A stretch of 64,000 nt of DNA from Sphingomonadaceae bacterium (GTDB taxonomy: Bacteria; Pseudomonadota; Alphaproteobacteria; Sphingomonadales; Sphingomonadaceae): NCBI GenBank assembly GCA_947454135.1, contig CANGJI010000002.1:47655-111654 (forward strand), given 5' to 3'. A program made the position numbers and the translations under genes. Below are positions 1 to 10,000 of the stretch, in pieces; position 1 is the first letter of the stretch; each line of letters starts with the position of its first letter. The notes under the pieces were generated by a model. That model was not told where the DNA came from, ran no database searches, and saw nothing but the letters and a program-made list of their open reading frames with translations.

Positions 1-718
1 GCACCGCGAAGCCATCGCGCAGGCCGAGCAGTGGCTGGCCGCCGCCGCCGTGCTGACCCGCAGCGAGCGCGCGCTGCGCCTGCCGCGCGCCTCGGGCGAT
101 GCCAGCGTGATCAAGCGCAGCCGGGATTGGTCGGAAACCCGCGCGGAGTGGGCGCTGGCTGGCTGCAAGGCCTTCATCGCCGCGCCGCGCATGCGCACGG
201 CAGGCCGCAGCCTCGAAGGCCGCGCGTTCCTGCACGACTATGCCTGGCAGCGCGACGAGGGCTTCGGCGTGCTCGAACTGATCATGACCGCGCCGGTCGT
301 CGTCGCGAGCTGGATCAGCCTGCAGTACTATGGCTCGAGCGTCGCGCCCGAGCTGTTCGGCGGCGGCAACAAGCTGCTCCACAACGTCGTCGGCGGGATC
401 GGCGTGATCGAAGGCAACGGCGGGCTTCTGCGCGCCGGCCTGCCGTGGCAGTCGGTCCACGACGGGCACAAGCTGATGCACGAGCCGCTGCGCCTGTCGG
501 TCTGCATCGAAGCCCCGCGCGAAGCGATGACCGCGGTGCTCGAAAAGCACGCCGGTGTGCGCGCGCTGTTCGACAACAAGTGGCTGCACCTCTTCGCCAT
601 CGACGGCGAGGGCAAGCTAGCCTGGCGCTATGCCGGCGATCTCCAGTGGGAAGCGATGGCCGAAGCGGCGACGTCCGGGGCTGGAGGGGCCACGCCGGCA
701 ACCGCAATGGCGATCTGA
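1..718 (+). CDS. dabA: DUF2309/UPF0753 protein, DabA-like inorganic carbon transporter subunit (5' truncated by window edge)
   Basis: Frame open from base 2. Family-typical C-terminal motifs [62 protein letters not shown]. Confidence 0.85.
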   Translation, partial: HREAIAQAEQWLAAAAVLTRSERALRLPRASGDASVIKRSRDWSETRAEWALAGCKAFIAAPRMRTAGRSLEGRAFLHDYAWQRDEGFGVLELIMTAPVVVASWISLQYYGSSVAPELFGGGNKLLHNVVGGIGVIEGNGGLLRAGLPWQSVHDGHKLMHEPLRLSVCIEAPREAMTAVLEKHAGVRALFDNKWLHLFAIDGEGKLAWRYAGDLQWEAMAEAATSGAGGATPATAMAI

Positions 719-721
719 GGC

Positions 722-1585
722 ATGGCGGGCTCACCCCCGCCCTGGCGCGGCGCAAGCGCCGTGCTTGCAACGATGCACGGCAAGGAGCGGGCGATTGCCC
801 CCCTTGCCGCGCGATTCCTCGGGCTCGATGTGCGGGTGGCGGAAGGGCTCGATACCGACCTGTTCGGCACCTTCAGCCGCGAGATCGAGCGGGCGGGCAC
901 CCCGCTCGATGCAGCGCGGGCGAAGATCGCAGCTGCCTTCACGATCGATCCGCACGCCCGTGTGGGGATCGCCAGCGAAGGCAGCTTCGGCCCGCACCCA
1001 AGCCTGCCATTTGCCGCTCTGGACCGGGAACTGCTGGTGCTGATCGACCGCGAGACCGGGCTGGAACTGGTCGGCCACCATGCCACGATGGCGACGAACT
1101 TTGCCCATCAGGTGGTGACCGACGCCAAGGCGGGCCTCGCCTTTGCCATGAAGGCGGGATTTCCGGCACATGGCGTCATCGTGATCGGGGTGCGGGATGG
1201 CCAGCCAGCCTCTCAACTTGCGCTGTTCAAGGCCATCACCACCGAAGCCGATCTGCTGGCGGCGCTCGAGCAGGCCATCGCGCTGACCGGCGCGGCGCAC
1301 GTCGAAACCGACATGCGCGCGCACCGCAATCCGCGCCGGATGCGCGCGATCAGACGTGCGATGATCGACCTCGTGCGGCGTTCACGCAGCCACTGCCCCG
1401 CCTGCGCAAGGCCCGGCTTCGCCATGACCGGACGCGCCCACGGATTGCCCTGCGCATGGTGCGCGAGCCCGACGCACCTGACGCGCGCCGAAGTCTGGAC
1501 CTGCGAAGGCTGTGGTCACCGCGAGGAGCGGCCTGTCTCTGCAACCAGCGCCGATCCGATGCACTGCGAGGACTGCAATCCCTAG
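722..1585 (+). CDS. DUF6671-like protein with four C-terminal CxxC pairs
   Basis: LATMHGKE, DTDLFGTFSREIER, IASEGSFGPHP, ETDMRAHRNPRRM; CPAC, CAWC, CEGC, CEDC. Starts 3 bp after the dabA stop. Confidence 0.75.
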   Translation: MAGSPPPWRGASAVLATMHGKERAIAPLAARFLGLDVRVAEGLDTDLFGTFSREIERAGTPLDAARAKIAAAFTIDPHARVGIASEGSFGPHPSLPFAALDRELLVLIDRETGLELVGHHATMATNFAHQVVTDAKAGLAFAMKAGFPAHGVIVIGVRDGQPASQLALFKAITTEADLLAALEQAIALTGAAHVETDMRAHRNPRRMRAIRRAMIDLVRRSRSHCPACARPGFAMTGRAHGLPCAWCASPTHLTRAEVWTCEGCGHREERPVSATSADPMHCEDCNP

Positions 1586-2422
1586 TTAAGCGCCAAGCCT
1601 GTCGAAGCCGGTGGGCGTCACGTCCTCACCGAAGCGCCATGAGGAGACGGTGATTCCGCCAAACAAATCGGCCTGCGAATAGATGCAGGTCGCCGGATCG
1701 TCGCTCGCCGCGCCGAGCGCGACCATCAGCGGAATCAGGTGATCCTCACGCGGGTGGGCCGCCCTCGCGGCGGGGGCCTGCTCCCAGCGCATGAGCTCGG
1801 CGGCGCGCGCTTCGGGCGCAAGATCGAGCAGGGTATGGCGCAGCCACGCGTCGAACCGGCTGGAAGGGTCCGCCGCCCTTGCATCGAACATGCGCAAGTT
1901 GTGGTAAGTAAGGCCCGAGCCCATGATGACCACGCCTTCCTCGCGCAGCGGCGCGAGCGCGCGGCCCAGCGCGAAGTGCGCGGCGGGATCATAGCCCTGC
2001 TTCATCGAAAGGCTGACAACGGGCAGATCCGCCTCGGGACGGATCGGCTGCATCATCGAGAACGTGCCGTGGTCGAACCCGCGCGCGGGATCATCGCCCA
2101 TGGCAATGCCCGCCGCACCCGCCAGTTCGCGCACACGTGCGGCCAGCGCCGGATCTCCGGGCGCTGTATAGCGGATGCTGTAGGTGTGTTCGGGAAAGCC
2201 GAAGTAATCGTAGACCATCCCCGGCTGCGCGGCGCTGGAAACGGTGAACTCAGGTTCCTCCCAGTGCCCCGAGACCGCGAGCACGGCGCGCGGGCGTTCG
2301 GGCAGCTGCGCCATAAGCGCCTTCAGCGAAGCCTCCAGCCACGCGAAGTTTTCGCGGAAAGCGCCATCGAGCCAGGGCCAGGGGCCACCGCCATGCGAGA
2401 GGAAGAACACGGGCTGTTTCAT
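1586..2422 (-). CDS. Class III extradiol ring-cleavage dioxygenase (YgiD/DODA, LigB family)
   Basis: SHGGGP, SGHWE, RGFDHG, GSGLTYHNL, AHPREDHLIPL motifs. Confidence 0.85.
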   Translation of the reverse strand: MKQPVFFLSHGGGPWPWLDGAFRENFAWLEASLKALMAQLPERPRAVLAVSGHWEEPEFTVSSAAQPGMVYDYFGFPEHTYSIRYTAPGDPALAARVRELAGAAGIAMGDDPARGFDHGTFSMMQPIRPEADLPVVSLSMKQGYDPAAHFALGRALAPLREEGVVIMGSGLTYHNLRMFDARAADPSSRFDAWLRHTLLDLAPEARAAELMRWEQAPAARAAHPREDHLIPLMVALGAASDDPATCIYSQADLFGGITVSSWRFGEDVTPTGFDRLGA

Positions 2423-2498
2423 GGCGCCAATCTAGGGCGCCTGACCCTTCCGCAACAGCCACAAGATGTGCGGGCCTGTGTTCGACAAAGTCGAACGA

Positions 2499-4019
2499 TC
2501 AGAGCTTGGCCAGCACCGATGCCGCGCTTTGTGCGATGCGCGCCTTCTCCGCATCGGCAAACTTGTCGTAAGTCCGCACCATCTGCGCCATGCGCGGATT
2601 GCTGCCGATCTTTGCGCGGTGCCGCGCGATGAAATCCCAGTAAAGCGGGTTGAACGGGCAGGCATCGGGGCCGGTGCGCTGCTTCACGTCATAGCGGCAA
2701 CTGCCGCAGTAGTTCGACATGCGGTTGATATAGGCCCCGCTCGCCGCATAGGGCTTGGAGGCGAGCAGGCCGCCATCGGCGAACTGGCTCATCCCCACGG
2801 TGTTGGGCAGCTCCACCCATTCATAGGCATCGGCGTAGACGCTGAGATACCATTCATGGAGTGCGTGCGGGTCGATCCCGGCGAGCAGCGCAAACGTGCC
2901 CGTCACCATCAGGCGCTGGATATGGTGGGCATAGGCATGCTGGCGCGTCTGCATGACGGCGGCGCGGACGCAGGCCATGTCCGTCTCGGCGGTCCAGTAG
3001 AAATCGGGCAGCGGGCGCGTGTGTTCGAGGAAGTTGCGCCGCTCGTAGCCGGGCGCGGTGAGCCAGTAGATCCCGCGCACATATTCGCGCCAGCCGATGA
3101 TCTGGCGGATGAACCCTTCCGCCGCATTGAGCGGCACGCGGCCCGCCTGCCATTCCGCTTCCACGGCGCGGCACACCGCCAGCGGATCGAGCAGCCCGCA
3201 GTTGAGATACTGCGCGATGACGGCGTGATAGAGGAACGGCTCGCCCTCCAGCATGGCGTCCTGATAATCCCCGAAGCGCGGCAGCGCGCGCTGCACGAAG
3301 GCGGCGAACGCGGCTTCGGCATCGGCGCGGGTCACGGCGAACTGGAAGGGTTCGAGATCACCGAAGTGATTGCCGAAGCGGCTCCCCACCAGCGCCATGA
3401 CCTCTGCCGTGACGCTATCGGGCGCAAAGACCGGGGGACGCGGCATGAACAGGTCGGGCGCGGCGGCCTTGCGGTTCTCGGCGTCGTAGTTCCACTCGCC
3501 GCCAGCAGGCTTGTCGCCTTCCATCAGCAGACCGGTGCGGCGGCGCATCTCGCGGTAGAAGTACTCCATGCGCAGCGCCTTGCGGCCTTCCGCCCATTCG
3601 CGGAACACCGGCAGCGGACACACGAAGCGCGTATCGGGGAGAACCTGCACGGGAAGGCCCAGCTGCGCTTCCCACCCCGCGATCATCTGGGCGACACGCC
3701 ATTCGCCAGCTTCGGTGATCAGGATGCAGTCGGGCCGCCCGGCCGCGACTGCGCGCGCGACTTCGCCGGTGAAGCTGCCGGTGTTGGCCGGGTCGTCGAG
3801 CGTGACATAGTCGACCGTCCAGCCGCCTGCGCGCAGTTCCTCCGCGAAGTGGCGCATCGCGCTGAAGAGGAAGGCGATCTTCTTCTTGTGATGGCGGACG
3901 TACGTGGCTTCTTCCGTCACCTCCACCATCAGCACGCGGTCGCGCGCCTTGTCTGCGGCAGCGAGCGAAGAGAGCACGGGGCTGAGCTGGTCGCCCAGCA
4001 CGAGGACGAGGCGGCTCAC
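2499..4019 (-). CDS. FeS-BCP cryptochrome/(6-4) photolyase (PhrB/CryB type)
   Basis: N-terminal LVLVLGDQL, HHKKKI, MEYFYREMR, YAHHIQRLM. Four FeS-ligand Cys (DMAC, NYCGSC, DACPF). GTG start overlaps the upstream stop. Confidence 0.9.
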   Translation of the reverse strand: MSRLVLVLGDQLSPVLSSLAAADKARDRVLMVEVTEEATYVRHHKKKIAFLFSAMRHFAEELRAGGWTVDYVTLDDPANTGSFTGEVARAVAAGRPDCILITEAGEWRVAQMIAGWEAQLGLPVQVLPDTRFVCPLPVFREWAEGRKALRMEYFYREMRRRTGLLMEGDKPAGGEWNYDAENRKAAAPDLFMPRPPVFAPDSVTAEVMALVGSRFGNHFGDLEPFQFAVTRADAEAAFAAFVQRALPRFGDYQDAMLEGEPFLYHAVIAQYLNCGLLDPLAVCRAVEAEWQAGRVPLNAAEGFIRQIIGWREYVRGIYWLTAPGYERRNFLEHTRPLPDFYWTAETDMACVRAAVMQTRQHAYAHHIQRLMVTGTFALLAGIDPHALHEWYLSVYADAYEWVELPNTVGMSQFADGGLLASKPYAASGAYINRMSNYCGSCRYDVKQRTGPDACPFNPLYWDFIARHRAKIGSNPRMAQMVRTYDKFADAEKARIAQSAASVLAKL

Positions 4020-5542
4020 AGGTCGAGCGCCAGCTGAGAGGTCGGCGCGCGGCGGCGGGACTTGCTGCCCGTCATCGGCATCCCGGCTTTCCGGCTGCCG
4101 TGCTTCTCGGCGATCCGGCTGGCGGTCGCACGGTGGCCCGATCCCTTGCGCACCGCATGCAGGGCATCACGCGCGGCGGCGGCGGCCTTTGCGTGATCGA
4201 CGATCGGCGGCGGGTAGGCGAGGCTGGCCGCCCCGTACCAGCGCCATGGTTCGTGGATCAGCGGGGTCGGAACGTCCGCTACCTCGGGCACCCAGCGGCG
4301 GACAAACACGCCCTCCGGGTCCTGATCGTGGCCTTGCTTGACCGGGTTGTAGACGCGCATCGTGTTGATCCCCGTGGTGCCCGATTGCATCTGCACCTGG
4401 CTCCAGTGAATGCCCGGCTCGTAATCGACGAATTGCCGCGCGAGATGCAGCCCGGTGGCGCGCCAGGGCAGCCAGAGCTGATAGCTGGCGAACGATACCA
4501 GCATCGCCCTCATGCGGAAATTGAGCCAGCCGTTTGCGGCCAGCGCGCGCATGCAGGCATCGACGAAGGGATAGCCCGTGCGCCCCGCTACCCAAGCCGC
4601 CAGCCGATCGGCATCAGGCACATCGGGGCGCAGGCCGTTGTAAGCGGGATGGAGATTCTCGAACTCGAGCCGGGGTTCGTCTTCCAGCTTCTGCATGAAG
4701 TGGCAGTGCCAGTGCTGGCGCCCGGTGAACGAGATCATCGAGGCACGCCAGTTGCGCGCTGGCGCGCTTTCATCGCCGCGCAGGGCGCTGAGCCGCGACT
4801 GGCTCGCCTGCGCCACTTCGCGCATCGACAAGGAGCCCAAGGCAAGGTGCGGCGAGAGGCGCGAACTTGCGTCAAACGCGGTGACAGGGCTCGACATCTG
4901 CCAGCGATAATCGCGCCCGCGCTTCTCCAGAAAGCTCGCCAGCGTGGCCAGCGCCGCCGCGCGCCCGCCGGGCTGGCGCTGCGGGCAGGGATCAGCGGCA
5001 AGGCCGAGATCGGCGGCAGTCGGAATCCGCGTCGGCCAATCACCCCGCAGCGGCTCCAGCGCGGCAGGCGGCGACGCGAGCGGTTCGGCCATCCGGCGAT
5101 CCCAGGCGCGGGCCCAGCCGTAGCGGCTCTTGAGGCGGCGGATCACCCCGGTCTGCGGCACCTCGTGCCACGGCACGCCTGCCTCGCGCGCCCACGCAGC
5201 GACAGCCTTGTCGCGCGCGTAGGTCCAGCCATTGCCGATTTCCTCATGGCTCCACAGCGCGGCGATGCCCCGGCGCTCATGGATCTTGCGCAGGATGGCC
5301 ACGGCATCCCCGCGCACCACGCAAAGCGGCTGGCCGAGCGCACCGAGCGCGTCCTGCAGCTCGCCAAGGCATTCGGCGGCAAAGGCCCATTGCCGCGCGG
5401 AGGCATCGGGCTGCGCCCAGAGTTGCGGCTCTGCGATATAGAGCGGCAGGACCGGTCCCTGCGCTGCGGCGAGTGCCAGCGGGCGATGGTCTGCAATGCG
5501 CAGGTCGCGCTTGAACCAGACCACCTGCAGCGCCGTGCTCAC
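4016..5542 (-). CDS. Cryptochrome/deoxyribodipyrimidine photolyase family protein (class uncertain)
   Basis: VVWFKRDLRIADH, SRLSPHLALG, GRTGYPFVDACMR, WLNFRMRAML, DYEPGIHW, RVYNP. GTG at 5542 overlaps the upstream TGA; the ORF track start at 6286 is an overextension. Confidence 0.88.
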   Translation of the reverse strand: MSTALQVVWFKRDLRIADHRPLALAAAQGPVLPLYIAEPQLWAQPDASARQWAFAAECLGELQDALGALGQPLCVVRGDAVAILRKIHERRGIAALWSHEEIGNGWTYARDKAVAAWAREAGVPWHEVPQTGVIRRLKSRYGWARAWDRRMAEPLASPPAALEPLRGDWPTRIPTAADLGLAADPCPQRQPGGRAAALATLASFLEKRGRDYRWQMSSPVTAFDASSRLSPHLALGSLSMREVAQASQSRLSALRGDESAPARNWRASMISFTGRQHWHCHFMQKLEDEPRLEFENLHPAYNGLRPDVPDADRLAAWVAGRTGYPFVDACMRALAANGWLNFRMRAMLVSFASYQLWLPWRATGLHLARQFVDYEPGIHWSQVQMQSGTTGINTMRVYNPVKQGHDQDPEGVFVRRWVPEVADVPTPLIHEPWRWYGAASLAYPPPIVDHAKAAAAARDALHAVRKGSGHRATASRIAEKHGSRKAGMPMTGSKSRRRAPTSQLALDL

Positions 5543-6726
5543 AACATCCCCTCGGCCCGCAAATGCCCCTCGATCTCGGCATCGAAGGCGAAAAAGCCGC
5601 GCCGCGCGTGCGGCCACAGGCCAGCATCCCAGCGGCGGCGGACAGGGCGCAGCGCAATGCCTTCGCCGGCGAGCGCAGGCTCCAGCGCAGCGAGCGCATC
5701 GGCAACCGGGCCAACCGGCGCGCAGGCCGTCAGCACCTGCCTCGCGCCTGCTGCCTGCGCAGCGGCGATCAGCGTTTCCGCATCGAGCCGGTCCGCCAGC
5801 TTCGCCCCGCAGCCCCAGTACGCCTCGGCCCGAACAGCGGCATCGGCCACCGCTTCGCCGGCATAGCGCCGTGCCGCATCGCCCCACAGCAGCGCGGCAT
5901 CGCCCACGGCCACAACGCCGCGCACCGGCGCATCGGCGGGGAACAGCGATTCGGGATGGAGATCCTCGTGATGGACCAGCAGCAGACTGGGCGCGCCGCT
6001 CTCGGGCGCATCGAGCGCGGCCAGCGGCGCCGCCGGGCCGACCGGTGCTTCGGCAAGGGCCAGCGCTTCCTGCGCAAGACCCTGCGGCGCGAAGCGTCCT
6101 TCGGTGAAGCGGGCGATGTTGTCCGCCCTTGCGAGGTAGGTCTTGCCCGCCGTCTGCAGCCCCGCCACCCAGCGCCACGAAAGCGTGTTGCTGGCCGCAT
6201 CGGCATCGATCAGGTGGCGCAGGAAGAAGTCCGCGCCCAGCGTCCACGGCAGGCGCAAGGTGAAGATCCAGATCGAGGCGAACCACATCCGCGCATGGTT
6301 GTGGAGGTATCCGGTCTCGGCGATTTCACGCGCCCAAGCGTCGAAGCAATCGATGCCGGTGCGCCCTTGTTCGGCTGCCGCAAGATCGGCACGGCCCGCG
6401 TGTCCATCGCGCGCAGCTTCCAGTTCAACCAGATAGCGCCGCCACACCGAGGGCCGCAGTTCGAGCCAGCCTTTCCAGTACGTGCGCCAGCAGACTTCCT
6501 GGATGAACTTGCCTGCCGCCGCAAAGCTGTGCCGGCTCAGAACTTCGGCGACCACATCCTGCTCGGTCACCAGCCGGTAGCGGATCGCAGGCGAAAGGTG
6601 CGAGACGGCGGCGGCCCGGCCCGGCCGCGGATCGGTGTTGCGCCCCGACGCGTAGGCCGCACCGGCGCGCGGCACGAACCGGCGCAGATGATCGAGGGCA
6701 GCGCGGCGGTTGGGGGGCGGCAGCAT
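5539..6726 (-). CDS. Short photolyase-like protein (NewPHL/SPL type, FAD domain N-terminal)
   Basis: 395 aa. FAD-domain motifs (VSHLSP, FIQEVCWRTYWKGWLE, GYLHNHARMWFASIW, DADAASNTLSWRWVAG) lie in the N-terminal half, followed by a short alpha/beta-type C-terminus. Confidence 0.8.
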   Translation of the reverse strand: MLPPPNRRAALDHLRRFVPRAGAAYASGRNTDPRPGRAAAVSHLSPAIRYRLVTEQDVVAEVLSRHSFAAAGKFIQEVCWRTYWKGWLELRPSVWRRYLVELEAARDGHAGRADLAAAEQGRTGIDCFDAWAREIAETGYLHNHARMWFASIWIFTLRLPWTLGADFFLRHLIDADAASNTLSWRWVAGLQTAGKTYLARADNIARFTEGRFAPQGLAQEALALAEAPVGPAAPLAALDAPESGAPSLLLVHHEDLHPESLFPADAPVRGVVAVGDAALLWGDAARRYAGEAVADAAVRAEAYWGCGAKLADRLDAETLIAAAQAAGARQVLTACAPVGPVADALAALEPALAGEGIALRPVRRRWDAGLWPHARRGFFAFDAEIEGHLRAEGML

Positions 6727-6884
6727 GGCCCACGCCCTTGGCCTTGGCGACTTGCGCCGCCCAGATGGTCATGCGGGCAAGTGCTTGGCGCATCGACATT
6801 TCGCGAAAATGGCCAAAGCGTAATGTTCTGCTCACACCTCGGACGGGCGCGCCGCCCTAGAAGGTCCCTCGACGATGGGCGCCT

Positions 6885-6901
6885 GTCACGGGAATCGTGA
6901 C
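6885..6901. promoter_or_regulatory. Inverted repeat GTCACG-N5-CGTGAC in divergent promoter region
   Basis: Perfect 6-5-6 palindrome between the photolyase operon and the GT2 fusion gene. Confidence 0.3.
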
Positions 6902-7038
6902 GTGACGGTCCCCTGTTCCGATTACCGGTCCGGCGTCCATCGTCACCCAGCCGGCTGCCGCAAACCCAGCCCGCGCGCGAGCACTGCCTCCTGCGCGCTG
7001 CCTTGCTGTCTCCGACGCATGCTTTGGGGAATTGTCAC

Positions 7039-10000
7039 GTGTCTCGTCCGATCTTCTTCGATCCCACCGGCCGCCGACGCCGCCTGACCCGCCGCGGCGC
7101 GTTCGTCGGGCTTATCGTGCTGCTGATGGCCGCAGTGGTTTTCGCGACCACGGTGGTGGCGGTTCCCCCCGCCGCGCCGCTCCCGCTCGGCTTCGAGCGG
7201 CAGGCCCCGTTCCCCTTGAAGACGCAGGTGAGCCGGATCTCCCACCGGATCTCGCAGCAACTGAGCCAGCTTTTCGGACGCAACATTGCCACTGCCGCCC
7301 GTGGCACCGGCAAGGGCATCAATGTCGGCTTCTACACGGCATGGACGGACGGCAGCGCGCAGACCCTCGAGCGCCATATCAGCCAGCTCGACTGGGTCGC
7401 GCCGACATTCTTCTCGCTCGGCCAGAACGGCAATCTCGTGGTCACCGACGATGCGCCGATGCGCCGCATCCTGGCCGGTGCGCTGCATCGCCCGCTCGTC
7501 GTGCCGGTCCTGCAGAACGCCGCGAACGCCAAATGGGACGGCGCCGGGGCGACGGCGATCATGCAAAACCCGGTCCGCCGCGCCGCGTTCGTCAACCAGA
7601 TCGACGCCGCGCTCGAAAAGTCGGGCGATGCCGGCGTGATGGTCGACTTCGAGAACCTGCCGAAGCCCGGCATTGCCGCGCTCCAGACGTTTGTCAGGGA
7701 TCTTCGCGCGCGGCTTGCCCAGCATCACCGGATCGTCGCGGTGACCATGCCGATCGATGATCCCGACTGGTCCGCCAAACGCCTTGCCGCAGTGGCCGAC
7801 AAGGTCGTGCTCATGGCCTATGACGAGCACTGGCAGGGCGGCGAGCCCGGCCCGATCGCCTCGAACGGCTGGTTCGCAGGCCATCTGACCGACCAGCTCA
7901 AGGGGCTTGCGACGGACAAGGTGATCGTCGCGCTCGGCAACTATGGCTACGACTGGCACGGCGGCCATGCCGATGTGCAGACCGTCGAGGAAGCCTGGCT
8001 GTCCGCGCATGACAGCGGCACCACGCCGACTTGGGACAAGACCAGCGGCAACACCGGCTTCGGCTATCTCGATGACGAGGACAGCAACGCCGCCACCCCG
8101 CCCGAGCGGCACCAGGTGTGGATGCTCGACGCGGCCGCCAGCTGGAACCAGATGCAGCTGCTCTCGCATCTCGGCGTCGGCTCGGTCGCGCTGTGGCGGC
8201 TGGGCTCGGAAGACCCGGGCTTCTGGGACGTGCTCAAGGCCTGGCGCAACGGGCGCGGCATCGCGCCGGATCTCAGCCGGGTCAAGGAAACCAACAACGT
8301 CGACGTCGAAGGCAACGGCGAGATCCTGCGCATCGACGCGACGCCGGAGGAAGGCTCGCGCAGCGTCCACTATATCGGCGCGCAGCTCGGCCGCCCCGCG
8401 CTGATCGACGACGAGCGCTATGACCGCCTGCCGACGCCCTATGTGGTGCGCCGGACCGGCGACCGCCCCAAGCTCGTCGCGCTCACCTTCGACGACGGTC
8501 CGGACCCCAAGTATACGCCCGAAGTCCTCTCGGTGCTCGAGCGCTACCACGTCCCCGCGACCTTCTTCATCATCGGCGAGAACGGCGTCGCCGGGCGCAG
8601 CCTGCTCCAGCGCATGGTCGCCGACGGCGACGAGATCGGCAACCACAGCTACACCCATCCCAACCTTGCCGAGGATTCGAGCACGGGCGTGAAGCTGGAG
8701 CTCAACGCCACGCAGCGCCTGATCGAGGCCTATACCGGCCGTTCCACCCGCCTGTTCCGCGCGCCCTACTTCGGTGACGCCGAGCCGACCACGTCGGACG
8801 AAATCGGGCCCGCGCTGATCGCGCAGAAGGAAGGCTATACGGTCGTCGGCCTGCACGCCGATCCGGGCGACTGGATGATGCGCAGCGCGGACGACATCGT
8901 CGCCCGCACGGTCTACGCGGTCGAGCATGCCACGCCGGACCGCAGCGCCAACGTGATCCTGCTGCACGACGGCGGCGGCAACCGCGAGCAGACCGTGCTC
9001 GCCCTGCCCCGCATCATCGAACGGCTCGAAGCCGACGGCTACCGCCTTGTCCCTGCCTCGACGCTCGCCGGGCTCAAGCGTGACGATGTCATGCCGCAGG
9101 TCAAGGGCTGGGATCTTGCCGCCGTGCGCATCGACGTCGCGATCTTCTCGGTGCTCGCGGTGCTGCTGGCGGCGCTCAACTGGAGCTTCTTCTTCGCGAT
9201 TGCGCTGGGCGTGATCCGCGCGCTCGGGCTGACCGGCCTCGCGCTCGTGCCCGACAGGCGGAAGGTGCCCACGCTCGACAACGGCTACAAGCCCGTCGTC
9301 AGCGTGATCATCCCCGCCTTCAACGAAGAGCGCGTGATCGAGGAATCCGTCCGGCGCATTCTGGCGAGCGACTATCCGCACATGGAAGTGATCGTGGCGG
9401 ATGACGGCTCCAAGGACCGCACCAGCGAGATCGTTGCGGCAGCATTTGGCGACAACCACCGCGTGCGGCTGATGACCCTGGTCAACGGCGGCAAGGCCTC
9501 GGCGCTCAACCGCGCGCTGGCGGCGGCTTCGGGCGAGATCGTCGTCGCGCTCGATGCCGATACCCAGTTCGAGCCGCAGACCATCGCGCGGCTGGTGCGC
9601 TGGTTCGAGAACGAGCGGGTCGGCGCGGTGGCGGGGAATGCCAAGGTCGGCAACCGGGTCAATCTCGTCACCCGCTGGCAGGCGGTGGAATACATCACCG
9701 CACAGAACATCGAACGGCGCGCGCTCACCCGCTTCGGCGCGATCATGGTCGTGCCCGGTGCGGTCGGCGCATGGCGGCGCGCGGCGCTCAATGATGTCGG
9801 CGGCTATCCGGAAGATACCCTCGCCGAGGATCAGGATCTCACCATCGCGATCCAGCGCAAGGGCTGGAAGGTGTGCTACGACGAGGACGCGGTCGCCTGG
9901 ACCGAAGCCCCCGAAACGCTGGCCGCGCTTTCCAAGCAGCGCTTCCGCTGGGCGTTCGGCACGCTGCAGTGCCTGTGGAAGCACCGCTCGGTGCTGTGGC

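Noticed and set aside
5543-6286. N-terminal extension making a 756-aa photolyase
   Set aside because: Off-frame read of the upstream short photolyase; real GTG at 5542 overlaps its stop.
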